From Chara braunii (lineage: Eukaryota; Plantae; Charophyceae), in NCBI GenBank assembly GCA_003427395.1, contig BFEA01000041.1, positions 4,016,461 through 4,080,460 of the forward strand: 64,000 bases of DNA. The letters run 5' to 3'. Made by a program: the position numbers and the translations under genes. The notes under the pieces were generated by a model, which was not told the origin of the DNA, ran no database searches, and saw only the letters and a list, made by a program, of their open reading frames with translations. Positions 12,363-24,314 of this stretch are shown in pieces; positions within the stretch are counted from its first letter, which is position 1, and each line of letters begins with the position of its first letter.

Positions 12363-12844
12363 TTGCGCAAAGGGTAAGGGCGAAGAGGAGGAAGCGGTCG
12401 AGCAGGGAGATCAGTGCTACTAGTCCGAAGAGAAAAGGTATCAATACACTTGGTTTCCACCACTTGTCGACCCGGTCGAGCCAGCCGCTGCCGCCAATCC
12501 GCTACCGACGCCTGCCCCCACTCGTAGAAGCTTGTGACCACCGCTTCACGCTGCTGGATGCCAATAGTGCATAGATCGCCACTGAAAGCAACGATCACTA
12601 TTACGTCGCTTTGAGTAGGCCGGAAAAAACGTTCGAACGTCGAGGTTTCCACCAAGATGACAGTCGATCCCAACTCCATTGAAATCATTACCTCCACGAC
12701 CTCGTACCAGACCCGATGACTGAACAACTGCGCGAATCGGAGAAGATCGGGACTGGGACGAGGATGCTTGACTTGGCGAAACCGTACTGAAGGTCGAGGC
12801 TGAAGAAGCTGTGGAGGAAGAGTCGGTTCGATGGCGAAACTCAT
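12359..12844 (-). CDS. Gypsy 1 extra ORF3, 161 aa, unknown function
   Basis: Intact ORF whose ATG overlaps the integrase stop (ATGA at 12841-12844). Confidence 0.45.
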   Translation of the reverse strand: MSFAIEPTLPPQLLQPRPSVRFRQVKHPRPSPDLLRFAQLFSHRVWYEVVEVMISMELGSTVILVETSTFERFFRPTQSDVIVIVAFSGDLCTIGIQQREAVVTSFYEWGQASVADWRQRLARPGRQVVETKCIDTFSLRTSSTDLPARPLPPLRPYPLRK

Positions 12845-14555
12845 GGCGAAATCAGAGGAGAAGTATTGTCAGACGAAGGGGAGGAAGCAAGATCCTCGTC
12901 TGGGGTAGAGGAAGAAGATGAAGGTGAGGCAGGATCTTCAGAGGGAGGGAGAGGGCGAAGGTAGGAGGTATAGCGGACAATGGGAAGAGAGCTATGGATG
13001 GCACCAATCTCAGGCGCGATGCGTACAGTATTGGCTCCGTTAGGACCCAGTTCCACTACACAGAAGCAGCCAAAGAACTTGGGAGCGAGTTTTCGGTCGC
13101 GTGCACATTTGCGTAGCTGCACTAGGTTCCCTAATTTATGCTGGTGTTGTGGGCCTGCATTCCCATTCCGGGCTTCGTAACTACGGGCTTGCCTACTGTG
13201 GGCCAGTTCGGTCATTTTCTGCCTTTTCTGGGCTAGTCTAGGCATAGCCTTTTCCATTAATTCTGCATATCGTTTGGCCTTAGCCCTGAGGGCCGACCGC
13301 GTGTCCCTTCCCCCTTTCTTGACATTTTTCGTGGCACTCTGATTGTCGACACATGAGATACTATTCGTTCGTAGTTGAAAGGGGATGAATCCAGTAGATT
13401 CATGAGGGGTCGCTCGATGGATCCTGATGATTTGATACACTATCTCGGGCCAAGGACAGGTGTCGTTGGCTGCTAGGTTCCGGTGAAGAGGGGTCATAAT
13501 CATGCGGCTAGCGTTCTCGACCAACCCATTAGACTAAGAGACATGGGGAGCAGTGTGTCGGAGAGCAACGCCACGACGTGTCAGTAATTCCTCTACTTCG
13601 CCCTTGAATTCAGATCCATTGTCAGTTAGGATCTCCTCTGTATCTAGATGGGTATTAATGAGTCGGTCGATGTACGTAGCTATTTCGGAGGCTTTACGTG
13701 TCTTACAAGGGTAAACTTCGATAAACTTCAAGAAGTGGTCGATCAACACCAAGAGAATAGAATACTCACAACGGTTGGGGTCATGTGGCACGTCAATATC
13801 TGTTGTGTCCATACTGGCTCGCTGGAAAGGATGTTCTACCTCCGTTGGGACTATCGTGTTTGGGCCACGAAGGGGCGCATGATCGACAGCAAAGACTAGA
13901 CAGTGAGCGACCACGTGTCTTACGCCGTCGCAGATATTAAACCAGAACCATCGATTTTGGTCGATAGTCGCTTCCGTGACACGTATCACAAAATGAGCGG
14001 CCTATTCCTCGTGCACCGATCTGTCCAGTCATATTGTCGGAAGGGATGGGGAACCATCAACCATAATCCCGATCCGTTTGTTTTATGTTTTTCCAAATGA
14101 CCGTTGATCCATCGATAATCTCGGGACCTCTCGGTTGCCCGACACCTGTCATGCTTAGTGAGATGGTCCAGTAGTGTGCCCGCTGATTTAGCCAATAATA
14201 TTTTATCCGTCCATACTTCAGCCCTTCGGTATTTTTCGTCGTATTCGGGGCCGTCAGTTCTGGCGGCCTCGAATCGAACTTCCGTGGGGAACTTATCCAG
14301 TCGACACAGAGGGCATTTCCACGCCTTACTACTCGTTCGATATCGAATGCAGGCGCCATGTGCACGATTAACACACGTGGTGCAGTCTACCCAGTCAGTA
14401 AACCCCGATTCAAAGGGATAGCAGTCAACTCCATAAAACTGTGAGATAAACGTGCAAAAATTACAGAATTTGTCCGGAAGATCGATGAAAAATTCCAAAT
14501 GTGGAGAAGGAGGGGAATCGATGGGGTTGGGAGCAGAGGAAAAAGGGGTCGTCAT
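12841..14555 (-). pseudogene. Gypsy 1 PHD-finger-integrase ORF
   Basis: C4HC3 motif CNFC...WVDCTTCVNRAHGAC...WKCPLC, then integrase (SMDT, IDHFLKF, TDNGSEF, TGFIPF, KLAPKFFG). Confidence 0.8.
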
Positions 14556-14609
14556 GGTCTGGGGAAAGAAAAGAGAGAGAAAGAGGAGGGAGAAATAGCT
14601 TGTGTCCAC

Positions 14610-17600
14610 TTAATCCTTCAGAAGGATCTTCACCTCACCGTACTGGGGCTCGTGCTTTGGCTCTGGATCGTGCCACGGTGTCACTTCCTTACTCTTGGGT
14701 ACCTTGCCGGGTCGATGCAACCGTGTATGCCCGTCCGCGTTGCCGTGTTTCTCGTGCTTTCGATGACGAATGTCAAACTCCATGCTCTGCAAAGTGGTAG
14801 CTCATCGTTCAATCATACCCGAGTAGTCCTTGGACTTCTTCAGGGCCAACAGTGGTTCATGATCAGTCACCAATGTGAACTTCCGGCCATATAAGTAAGC
14901 CCGGAAGTGACTGATTCCCCACAAGGCCATTATGTAGCATTCCCCCGTTGGGGCGGAGTAATTCTTCTTGCAGGAAGGTACCGATTTGGACGCATATTCC
15001 ACCACGTGTTCCAGACCATCAGGTCCTACCTGGGCCAAAATCGTTGAGATCGCCTCGGCTGCCAATCGGTGATGAGAACAAAAGGTTTTTCCGGGTCCGG
15101 TCTTATAAGGACCGGAGCCGAGATCAAAGCCATCTTAAGTTCTGGAAAGGCCTGATCGCACTGCGGGGTCCAAATCAACGACTGTTTTTTTTTCAGCAAG
15201 TTTGTGAGTGGTCCCGCGATTGCTGCAAATCCCTTGATAAACCTCTGATAGTACGAGGCTAGTCCCCAAAAAGCGTGTACTTGTGTAACTGACGTCGGCA
15301 CCAGTGCGTCTTTCACCGCGGCTACCTTCTGTGGTTCCGATTGCAACCCCTCGTCCGTAACCACGTGGCCGAGAAAGGAAATCTTTGTGAGGAAAAACTG
15401 ATATTTCTCGAGGGCCACCTTAAATCCACCATCCTTCAGTGCGTGCAGCGTCCATTCAATGTGTTGCACGTGCCCTTCGTAGGAACTCGAATACACAAGA
15501 ATATCATCCATGTATACAATCACACAATAATTAATAATACTCTGCACCAGCCTCATTTTTCGCACGAAGTTATGAAAAGTCATATTCATCGCGCGCTGAA
15601 ACGTGAACGATCTTCCTTTCGAACTACAAGATGGTGGAATCCACGACGAACATCAAACTTACTGAAAAATCGAGCACCACCAATAGTATTCAATAATCCA
15701 TCAATCCGAGGAAGGGGGTACACGTCCTTAATCGTGACATCATTCAACTTCCGATAATAAATGCATATACGAATCCCTCCCGTCTTTCTCGGTACAATCA
15801 CCACAGGAAAGGACCACGATCCGATGGTGGGTTCGATCCACCCATTAGCTTCAAACTCCTTCACCCTCTCGAACGCAGCTCGTCGTTGCGCCGGATAGTA
15901 TCAATAGGGGGCACAACTAATTGGTGGATGATTCCCTGTGAGGATCACGTGTTCGATCACACTTGACAACCCAATATCACAATCATGCACACTCAACACC
16001 TCTGCATATCCATGCAATACATCAATCAAAGACTGATGAATTTCACGAGAAACGTGACCAAGTAAGGTGATCTACAATCGTTCGAAAGATCCAGCCGTAC
16101 GTTGGTTTGCCCTAATTCTATCGGTGGCCTCCCCTCTACGCTGGAGAACATGGAGTTGCTGGTGCGGACCGAAACAACAGTAGCAAGCATCTGTGATTCG
16201 GTCGGGCTAATCATTTCAGTTTCCTTGATTTCGGCATCGGTCTCGACATAAGTAGCGTTGACGGCTATTCCCAGCCCAATCAGCTCAGTCATTTCGTGCA
16301 TTAGATTGGGAGCATCATTGATCGGAGCTTCGGCCTCCTGCGTAATTAGTGCGATCACAACATTTTGCCTGAGCAGGGGCCTGGGCGGGGAAACAAAAAA
16401 ATCAAAGTTTTGATTCATTTGTTGATATCTTTCTCGTAAGGAAAGCACGCCCTTGTACAAGGTCCGATGGGGTTCCAAGAGGTCAGCCATATCCGAAACT
16501 TGCAAGATAGGTTCTCCTAGAAAAAATGTTGCTAAAATTTGAGCTTCTGTTAGTGCACAAAGGGATAAAGGTGACTTAGGGCCAGTCTAGCTATATTCTG
16601 TATCCAGATCAAATGTCTTAGTAGTAGTCGGATTTATACAGAACTCTTCTTTAGTCTCATCACCGAACAACTTGACTAACGAACTCCATTTCTTTTCAGT
16701 AGGCATAAAACCTAACAGTCCGTCGTAGTTTCGCTCATCATACTTGTCATTCTGGAACAGGTGTCGGTCCTCGTCCGACTTTCGGACCACACTTCTAGGC
16801 TTGGGACTTGTATCATTCTTATTCGGGGGACATCGGGGGTCTTTCTTGGTGATCAAGTGGAGACTCGTAGCGAAACTGTTTGAGGTTTTCCTCCAGTATG
16901 TGTAAGGACGAGCTGCTTGGAGTCGAAATTTAATGTATGTGTGCACCCGCAGCCATAGCCCAAGGCAACCCCAACAATACCGAGTATGACTGTACATCGA
17001 TTACTAATGCGTTGACCAGGACATGTATTGGTCCTACCTTAACGGCTACGTTTTCAATAATCTCGAGTATGTTCATCTTTTCTTCGTCTGCAGAGACGTA
17101 GTTGTCCCGTCTAGGAAAGGGAAGGATCGAATTCAATCGTCCAGTTTTTTGGACGGTGTCCAAAGATATCGCTACCGCCGACGACCCTCTATCTACCAGG
17201 GCATTGAACGGTTTTCCCTATACCTCACAATCACACTCCGCACTTTTCTACAAAACAGATCGAACTCGAACGAAGTGGTCTTTCTCTGCGTAAGAAATGG
17301 TGGCGACCCGAGTAATCTCGGGTGCGTCGGGCATGGTTAAAGTGGATATCGGTTCCGATAGAGGAGGGTCTACTTATGCCTCATCGTCCTTTTTTTTCTT
17401 CAGCAACTTCTGAACGCGTTGATACGTAAAATGTTTCTGATTTTTCTGGCATTGCTGAAGAAGTTTTTCGTTCCCAGCTTCCGATATGGTCAGTAGATGC
17501 CCCATGGGGACAGGGACTCTGATATCCAAGTGTTTGAGTGTCCGAAGCACGTCGATCTCCCATGTTCGAAACAAAGGACCGGGTTCTAATCCTCGCTCCA

Positions 17601-18968
17601 CCCATTCGAATTCATCCTTGCCAGGTATGATTGCTCCGATCGGTCCTGCTAGTTGGAGGTACTCTGTACGATCAACAACATCGGCCGCTTCGGAAGATGA
17701 TCCCGAAGTGGACGTGATGGGTTCAGTCGATGGCTCTGTAGGGGGAGGGTCAGATTCCCTTTCTCTTGTGGCATCTAATAGTGCGGCTACCCGTCTTTGA
17801 TTCAAGGCGATAGGCATCGCTGCCGGCGGGGGTTGGTTATGCCTTGACAGGGGGCAGTCACGTGCAAAGTGTCTAGATTGCTTACAGTTGTAGCATTCAA
17901 CTCTTCCTGCTGGACTGACCACCTGACCCTGAGTTGTAAGTGGTTGGCCAGGGGCAGGAGGAACAACCAACATGGGATACGAAGGAGGAGTGGGACGTGG
18001 AGAAATCGAATTAGCTTTTATGAGTTTCGTCATGATCTGTTCCAATCGATCCATCCGAGAAGTCTGCATCTGTATCAGACTGTTCATCCATTCAGATTGT
18101 TTAGCTGTGGCGGTATGAATCATTTGGGCTAGATGCAGGTTAGTGATGGGTATCGGCGCGGCCTGGGGCATGACGGTGTTCACAGGCACCATCTTGGGAG
18201 GGAGGGGAGGGAAAGAAGACAGGTGATAAGGGAGGGATCCAGCGAAGGTCCGTCCTGATAGTCGTGATCGGGGCGAGGGTAGAATCGCCCCACTGCTCTG
18301 ACCCACGATCGCCGCTTAGCAGCGACATCTTGTATCGTATCCGAGATGTCTTCGATCCCCTGACCTATGTATTTGCGCGTATCCATCAAATCGAGTTCAA
18401 GTGCTTTAGCGATGATGACTGGTAGTTGGTTTGTTTTAGGGGGAACCTTCTTTTGTAGCTTTGCTTTTAACACTGGGTTACGGAGATGATCGATGAACAA
18501 ATCTCGATCAGCGTTTTCTTCTCGCCCCGATTTGTCTAGCGCGGTTTGAAATCGGTCCACAAAATCGGGCAGTAACTCTCCGGGTTCCTGCGGTCGAGTT
18601 TTTAATACGAACTATGCAACATCCTTACTGACTTCGTCAAATTGTGCAAGGAACGCTCTTTTGAAGGTATCCCAATCTACCCACCTATGTCTTCTAAACC
18701 AATCATGAGCGGTGTTTTAGAGAAGTAGGGTGATGACGCGAGGGAGATCCTCTGCGTCATATCCCTGAGCTTGTACGGCCTCAAGCCATGCCTCGGGATG
18801 GGTATGATTGGGGTAAAATGGGAAGGTGGCGGGGATACTCACCATCACCTGAGGAGCTGCTCCATTAGCATCAGCCATGGGCATCTCTGGTTGAGTTTCG
18901 GCAGACCTTTGTCGGGTAAGCGAAGGACTTAGCCGATTAGATTGGTTGGCTAGTCTTCCTCTCGCCAA
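14610..18968 (-). pseudogene. Gypsy 1 gag-protease-RT-RNase H, frameshifted
   Basis: ORFs 18717..18968, 18180..18560, 17374..18306, 16930..17163 (LLGLPW), 15586..15864, 15026..15589, 14802..15065 and 14610..14792. Confidence 0.88.
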
Positions 18969-19001
18969 CTCGTCTTACTTACATCAGAACCGACACGTGT
19001 C

Positions 19002-19014
19002 GGCTCCGATACCA
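19002..19014 (-). promoter_or_regulatory. Primer-binding site (tRNA-iMet type)
   Basis: TGGTATCGGAGCC versus canonical TGGTATCAGAGC, just upstream of gag. Confidence 0.8.
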
Positions 19015-19016
19015 AC

Positions 19017-21274
19017 CTCACGCCCTGCGCTACCTTCCGGTCGGAGCATGTTGCTCGCGGAAGGGGCCCGAGAAAGGCAACGATGATGGGTTGGATTTTT
19101 GGAAAGTTGAGTGCGGCGACATAGACGGAACTGGAATCCCCCGTGTTGGTCCAACTGTAATAAGAAGAAGGTCCGTCACCGCGCGGGTTTTAAGGGAGAG
19201 AAAAAGGGCGAGCGCGAGACTCCCAGCTATGCGAAATTCAATCCAAAAAATATTGTTGGACTTCCCAACGAACTGTCGCTTTTCGTTTCGCATGAAATGG
19301 GGCGGGTACACACGTGGTATCCCATTTTCGGATGAGGTCGTGTCAGCGCTCGCTACACAACTCCGAGTCCGACGTGGAGGGCCTCAAAGGAGTGGCCTTT
19401 TCTTTATGTTCGTCCCCGCCGTGTGTGCAATAGTGAAACCCCTTGGCCAAATAGCGCTCGAGGCGACGACAATCGCTGCACAGAGTGTTAGGCCAATGAG
19501 GCTCCATTGCCGCCCACGAGACAACGATCAGTTCGTTAAAGGGTAATAACAACGAATATGGTGAAAAGTGTGTATCGATGATAACAAAACCCGCACCAAC
19601 GAATCTAGAGCACCGAGTTTCCGGAGGAAAGTAGTAATGCCCTCCAATCTTGGTGACGGCTTCTCGTACGTCCCACTCGCATACACGTGTCCTATCCTCG
19701 TTGTACGGGAAGGGGCGTGGCGGGGGCACGGGAAGTCGGCGCCCGGTCGGGCTAGGGCCGTCAATCCACATGGCAACAAAGGTAGGCACGAATCTTAATC
19801 ATACATCATTCGTCTAACACTCTAGGCAACCCGATCATTCAGTCGCTCAGCCAATCATCCTTGCAATCATGCTACGACCAAATCTCTAATCACGGCTCAC
19901 TGCATGCAGATATCGAAGTGAGAGAAGCAAAGTTACCATAATTCACCCGTTATGACATATTGCGACTGGAGGAAGGAGAGTAGGGACGCAGACCAGGAGG
20001 GAGAAACGAGTAGAAAGCAATCACTGAATGACAGGCGATCTTGCCCTGAGATGCCCCGACTTAAAAGCCGAGCGATTAAAACTCACATTCGAAGATAAAA
20101 ATTTTGGAGCAGAAAAGAAAGAAAGCATTTTTGCCATAAAATTCCACCATGGCCCCGAGCCATGCACTCACTCACTTCCGACTCGAATGTCTCACTTGCA
20201 TTGACGATCTCGGTCGTCACGTGCCAATCCACCATAGCGATCGTCACCCCGCCGACTTAGCCTCTGCACGGCCCTGCTCAGATCCCACAGTCCGTCGGGC
20301 GATCCAGCATGCCAAGCGCCAAGACTACAGCCCGCTCGTCAGGACTTTTCGACTCACATCTTTCTTCATACCATCTAGCCACAGCTTCCCGGAAGCGGGC
20401 GGATGAGTCGAGAGAGAGTTTTCCGGGAGCGCTTGCGGAATTTGTAGCTGCGGAAGAAAGGATAGATGCTAGGAAGGGTTAGGACTGAGACAAGGAGGAG
20501 TAGGAGAAGACTCAGGGATTGACCGTCGAAAGCCATGTCGATCCTTTGGATCCCAGCTGCAGCCAATCAGAATCGTCGTGTATCAGGAATTTCCCTCTTA
20601 CACGGCGTGTCTCTTTGGCTAGAGGGAGTGATAGGGGGTCGACCTGGTGTTTCGGCGTGGGGGATCAGAGCGGGAAGAATAAGCGAAACGGAACCAAGAT
20701 TCAGATGATCAAGGATGAGAGAAAAGGCGCGCAAGGCGATGGGGACATGAAAAACGGTTACAGAGAGAGGAGGGGCATGAGCGCGAGGAAGGGGAGTGTC
20801 GAGGGCAGCGGGGAGGGGAGACTCGCATGCATGGCGCTGTCACGAAGGCAAAAAGGGCACCGAAACAGTTATGGCTGATTCAAATTGAAAAATACCATAT
20901 CCGCGAGGCAAAGTGGGTGCATGGGAAAGTCCTCTCCCTATTCAGATTTCTGCGAAAATTCCCAGAGCTTTCCAAGACGAAGTTGCGAATATTCATGCAC
21001 AAGAAAGGACACGTCGGATCCTGCTTATTCCGAAATTCCTAACCGTCGACCCAAATTCCTAGCGCACTCGCTCAGGCGCGAGTAATTCCCATGTAATTCC
21101 CAATTTGCAAAAAAAAAGACAATTTTTCAAAAATTGATCCGAGGTCCCCACATATTACATTCATGAAAATACAAAAAGAGGCCTCGTCGGATGGTCACCC
21201 AAAATTCGACAAAAAGACAGAGAAAAAAGGGGGGGGAGGGAAGATAGCGCAGGTCCGGAACTTGGCGCGTCACA
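19017..21274 (-). repeat. Putative 5' LTR of Gypsy 1 (~2.26 kb)
   Basis: Minus strand starts TGTGACGCGCC and ends GGGCGTGA just before the PBS; subterminal inverted copies of cctgcgcta(c/t)cttcc at ~19024 and ~21239-21253. Confidence 0.5.
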
Positions 21275-21319
21275 TACCTTACATCCATTTTCTTGAACAA
21301 ATTGGCCTTGTCGTAAGCG

Positions 21320-21900
21320 CTCCAGAAACACCCCTTCTTCATAACACTTGGCAATCAAGTTTCGTATCCTATCCTCCTCCGATAACGGAATATCCTCAGG
21401 AGGGGGGGAACAGTCTTCGTTCTCATACCTGCTCCTGAGGCCATCTTCTTGGTCTGTCAACTTGTGATTTCTGACTACCCACCCTCTTGCTTCCTTACTT
21501 TCTTCGTCCCTTTTGCGGGCATTCTTCCAATCGATACCTCTACAACTCCCCCGCTACACGTTGTCACATCTGCCGACGGAAGCCTACACCACATCCACGC
21601 GTTTCTCACGACCGATACCTTGAAAAGAACCTCCTGTAGGGAGGAGGCTAGAGAGTACCATAGTTAGAACCAGAGCACTCGGTTCTGTAGGGACGCAGTG
21701 GTCCAGGTAGGAGAGTGCGGTAGAATAAGGAACGATGGCAGCGTTCCACCAGATCGCATAGACCTGGGCGTCGTGTTCGACGTAGGGTAGGAAAGGGTAT
21801 CGGTAGAAGGAAGTACTGAGTTGAAGGTAAGGAAGGCACGATACAATTAGAAGAGGTACAAGGAAACACGAAAATAGAGAAAGAGAGAGTATTGGATTTG
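21320..21900 (-). mobile_element. LINE ORF1 5' fragment (copy D)
   Basis: EEDRIRNLIAKCYEEGVF matches DEDRIRSLLAHCFDDGVY (copy A) and EEERVLEMVRACYEEGIV (copy C). Confidence 0.75.
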
Positions 21901-21965
21901 GAATTCGAATTACTGTGTTTGGCCTCCAGTTCGACTGGGGTTGTAAGCTAAACTAGCTGATACTG

Positions 21966-23499
21966 TGTTACATGCCCAGATATGCAATGTACGCAATAAC
22001 CGAGGATCTGCAATGTGATGAAAAGGACTAAATGGACAATGCGGTGTGAATAGAATCTCGACAAGCAATGTGCATTCTCATACATATAATGGTGCTGAAT
22101 AGCGCAGGGAAGACTTAAATACAAAGATTGACCTGACCGGGGCTGAGCTCATTCACGTAGTACAAAGTAGCGAAGCAGAATGCTAGAATGCTAATAACTA
22201 GCCCAATCAATGTTTGAACTCAGACCAAACATACATCGTATCNNNNNNNNNNNNNNNNNNNNNNNNNNNNNNNNNNNNNNNNNNNNNNNNNNNNNNNNNN
22301 NNNNNNNNNNNNNNNNNNNNNNNNNNNNNNNNNNNNNNNNNNNNNNNNNNNNNNNNNNNNNNNNNNNNNNNNNNNNNNNNNNNNNNNNNNNNNNNNNNNN
22401 NNNNNNNNNNNNNNNNNNNNNNNNNNNNNNNNNNNNNNNNNNNNNNNNNNNNNNNNNNNNNNNNNNNNNNNNNNNNNNNNNNNNNNNNNNNNNNNNNNNN
22501 NNNNNNNNNNNNNNNNNNNNNNNNNNNNNNNNNNNNNNNNNNNNNNNNNNNNNNNNNNNNNNNNNNNNNNNNNNNNNNNNNNNNNNNNNNNNNNNNNNNN
22601 NNNNNNNNNNNNNNNNNNNNNNNNNNNNNNNNNNNNNNNNNNNNNNNNNNNNNNNNNNNNNNNNNNNNNNNNNNNNNNNNNNNNNNNNNNNNNNNNNNNN
22701 NNNNNNNNNNNNNNNNNNNNNNNNNNNNNNNNNNNNNNNNNNNNNNNNNNNNNNNNNNNNNNNNNNNNNNNNNNNNNNNNNNNNNNNNNNNNNNNNNNNN
22801 NNNNNNNNNNNNNNNNNNNNNNNNNNNNNNNNNNNNNNNNNNNNNNNNNNNNNNNNNNNNNNNNNNNNNNNNNNNNNNNNNNNNNNNNNNNNNNNNNNNN
22901 NNNNNNNNNNNNNNNNNNNNNNNNNNNNNNNNNNNNNNNNNNNNNNNNNNNNNNNNNNNNNNNNNNNNNNNNNNNNNNNNNCTGCAGCGCTCCCTCCAGA
23001 GTGCTGCTCCCGAACCTTGAAGACTACAACTGCCTCTCTGCCTCTCCGTGAAGTGTCTGGGAGGTTCCTATGTACTACCTCGGCCTGCCTCCTGACTGTC
23101 TGAAGGGCGAGCCAGGCCGCGGAGGCAGCTCTTGCCAATGCCGAAGTGTGCCAGGGGCTGGCGTGCAGCAGCCTGCTGAGGCTGGCGTGGGAACAGGCTA
23201 AGAATAGCCTGTTCCCGAAACCCTGGTTCGGTGCCTGAGTTTCAGGGCCGGTCGTTTTGATGAACGACCGAAAATGGCCCTTCGTTTCAGGCTAAAAAGG
23301 TTGTTCCCATTTTTAGTCGGAAACGACACATGAATAGGCCCTAGAATTCAGGCTTTCGGGTTGAACCGACATGGGGCATGTAAGCCCTGGATTTCAGGTT
23401 TTCGGCCTGAAATTCAGGCTTCAGCCTGAAGTTCAGGCTTTCGGCCTGAAGGATGCAGGCCTGGAAAATGGCCTGTGTGTGCAGGCGCAGCATGTAACA
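21966..23499 (-). repeat. 3' LTR of Gypsy 2 (contains N gap)
   Basis: Highly similar to 31091-32489; adjacent to the PPT. Confidence 0.93.
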
Positions 23500-23511
23500 C
23501 CCCCCCCTCCT
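23500..23511 (-). promoter_or_regulatory. Polypurine tract
   Basis: aggagggggggg on the minus strand immediately before the 3' LTR. Confidence 0.88.
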
Positions 23512-24008
23512 TATGAAGTCAAGTCGGGACGAGGGCGAAGCCGACGATCTGAAGGTGGAACCTGGACGCGGGCGTGGCGTGGAGCCAAAGAAACCGGCTT
23601 GCCTTGCATCTTGCGTTCGTAGCGTGCGAGAACATCTGGAGCTGTCGCTTGAAGTTCCGCGCAGGTTAACCATCGGTCAGCTCGGTGTGTGCGGTATGCA
23701 AAATGCACCAAATACTCAGTCGGCCTGTTGCCGTAGCGTCGCTGGGAGATGATGTCGCCGACCTTATGAAAACCATCCATAGAAGGTGGGTCTTGCGTAG
23801 ACGGGCAAGTGGCCGGGCATGTTCCGCTGGCGTGTAGAGAGCCAATTTGGAGAAATGAAAGACTGGGTAGACGGGCAAGTGGCCGGGCAGCTGAATTGTG
23901 AAGGAAGGTCCTTCGGGTGCATCCCTAGCGGGCACTACGATCGGCCAAGGCCCCATCCATTTCGGAAGGAGCTTGCGAGAGATGTCTTGTTCAAGGCTGA
24001 ATTCCGCT

Positions 24009-24314
24009 CCTGAATACCGCCCTTTCCAAAAAGATTCAAAATGTGACCGACCCTCAAAAACGGACTGGCGAAAAAAGGAGGGCGCCCAAATAATTTGTTA
24101 ATTGGCACTCCAAATGTGACCTTCCCTCTAATATGGACGCGCGGAGAAAGTAAGGGGGCCAAAATAATTTGACAAGTAGCGCACCTTTCGACACAGGAAC
24201 AATTATCCACTTACAGTCAACAAGTGGCAGAAATTACTAGAACAGGACTGAAAAATAAGGTATGGAGGGAAAATCCAACTTTCAAGCATATTTTCCGTTT
24301 AGAAATTTGTTGTT
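24009..24314. mobile_element. Truncated TIR-element insertion in the integrase, with adjacent small deletion
   Basis: Interrupts between RLPC and AEFSLEQDISRKLLPKW; one end reads AACAACAAATTT on the minus strand. Confidence 0.6.

Larger units (their letters stand above)
11680..21274 (-). mobile_element. Ty3/Gypsy LTR retrotransposon 1 (5'LTR-PBS-gag-PR-RT-RH / PHD-IN / extra ORFs); 3' LTR not seen
   Basis: Gag knuckle CYNCKQSRHFARDC, RT YPLPRID and YMDD, RNase H TDHEPL, integrase TDNGSEF; order PR-RT-RH-IN. Confidence 0.88.

Noticed and set aside
22191-23138. Long ORFs across N-runs (also 31331-31894, 40855-41581, 57289-57716)
   Set aside because: Artefacts of assembly gaps
23799-23890. 23-bp direct repeat gtagacgggcaagtggccgggca before the chromodomain
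   Set aside because: A local replication or template-switch lesion with no sign of function
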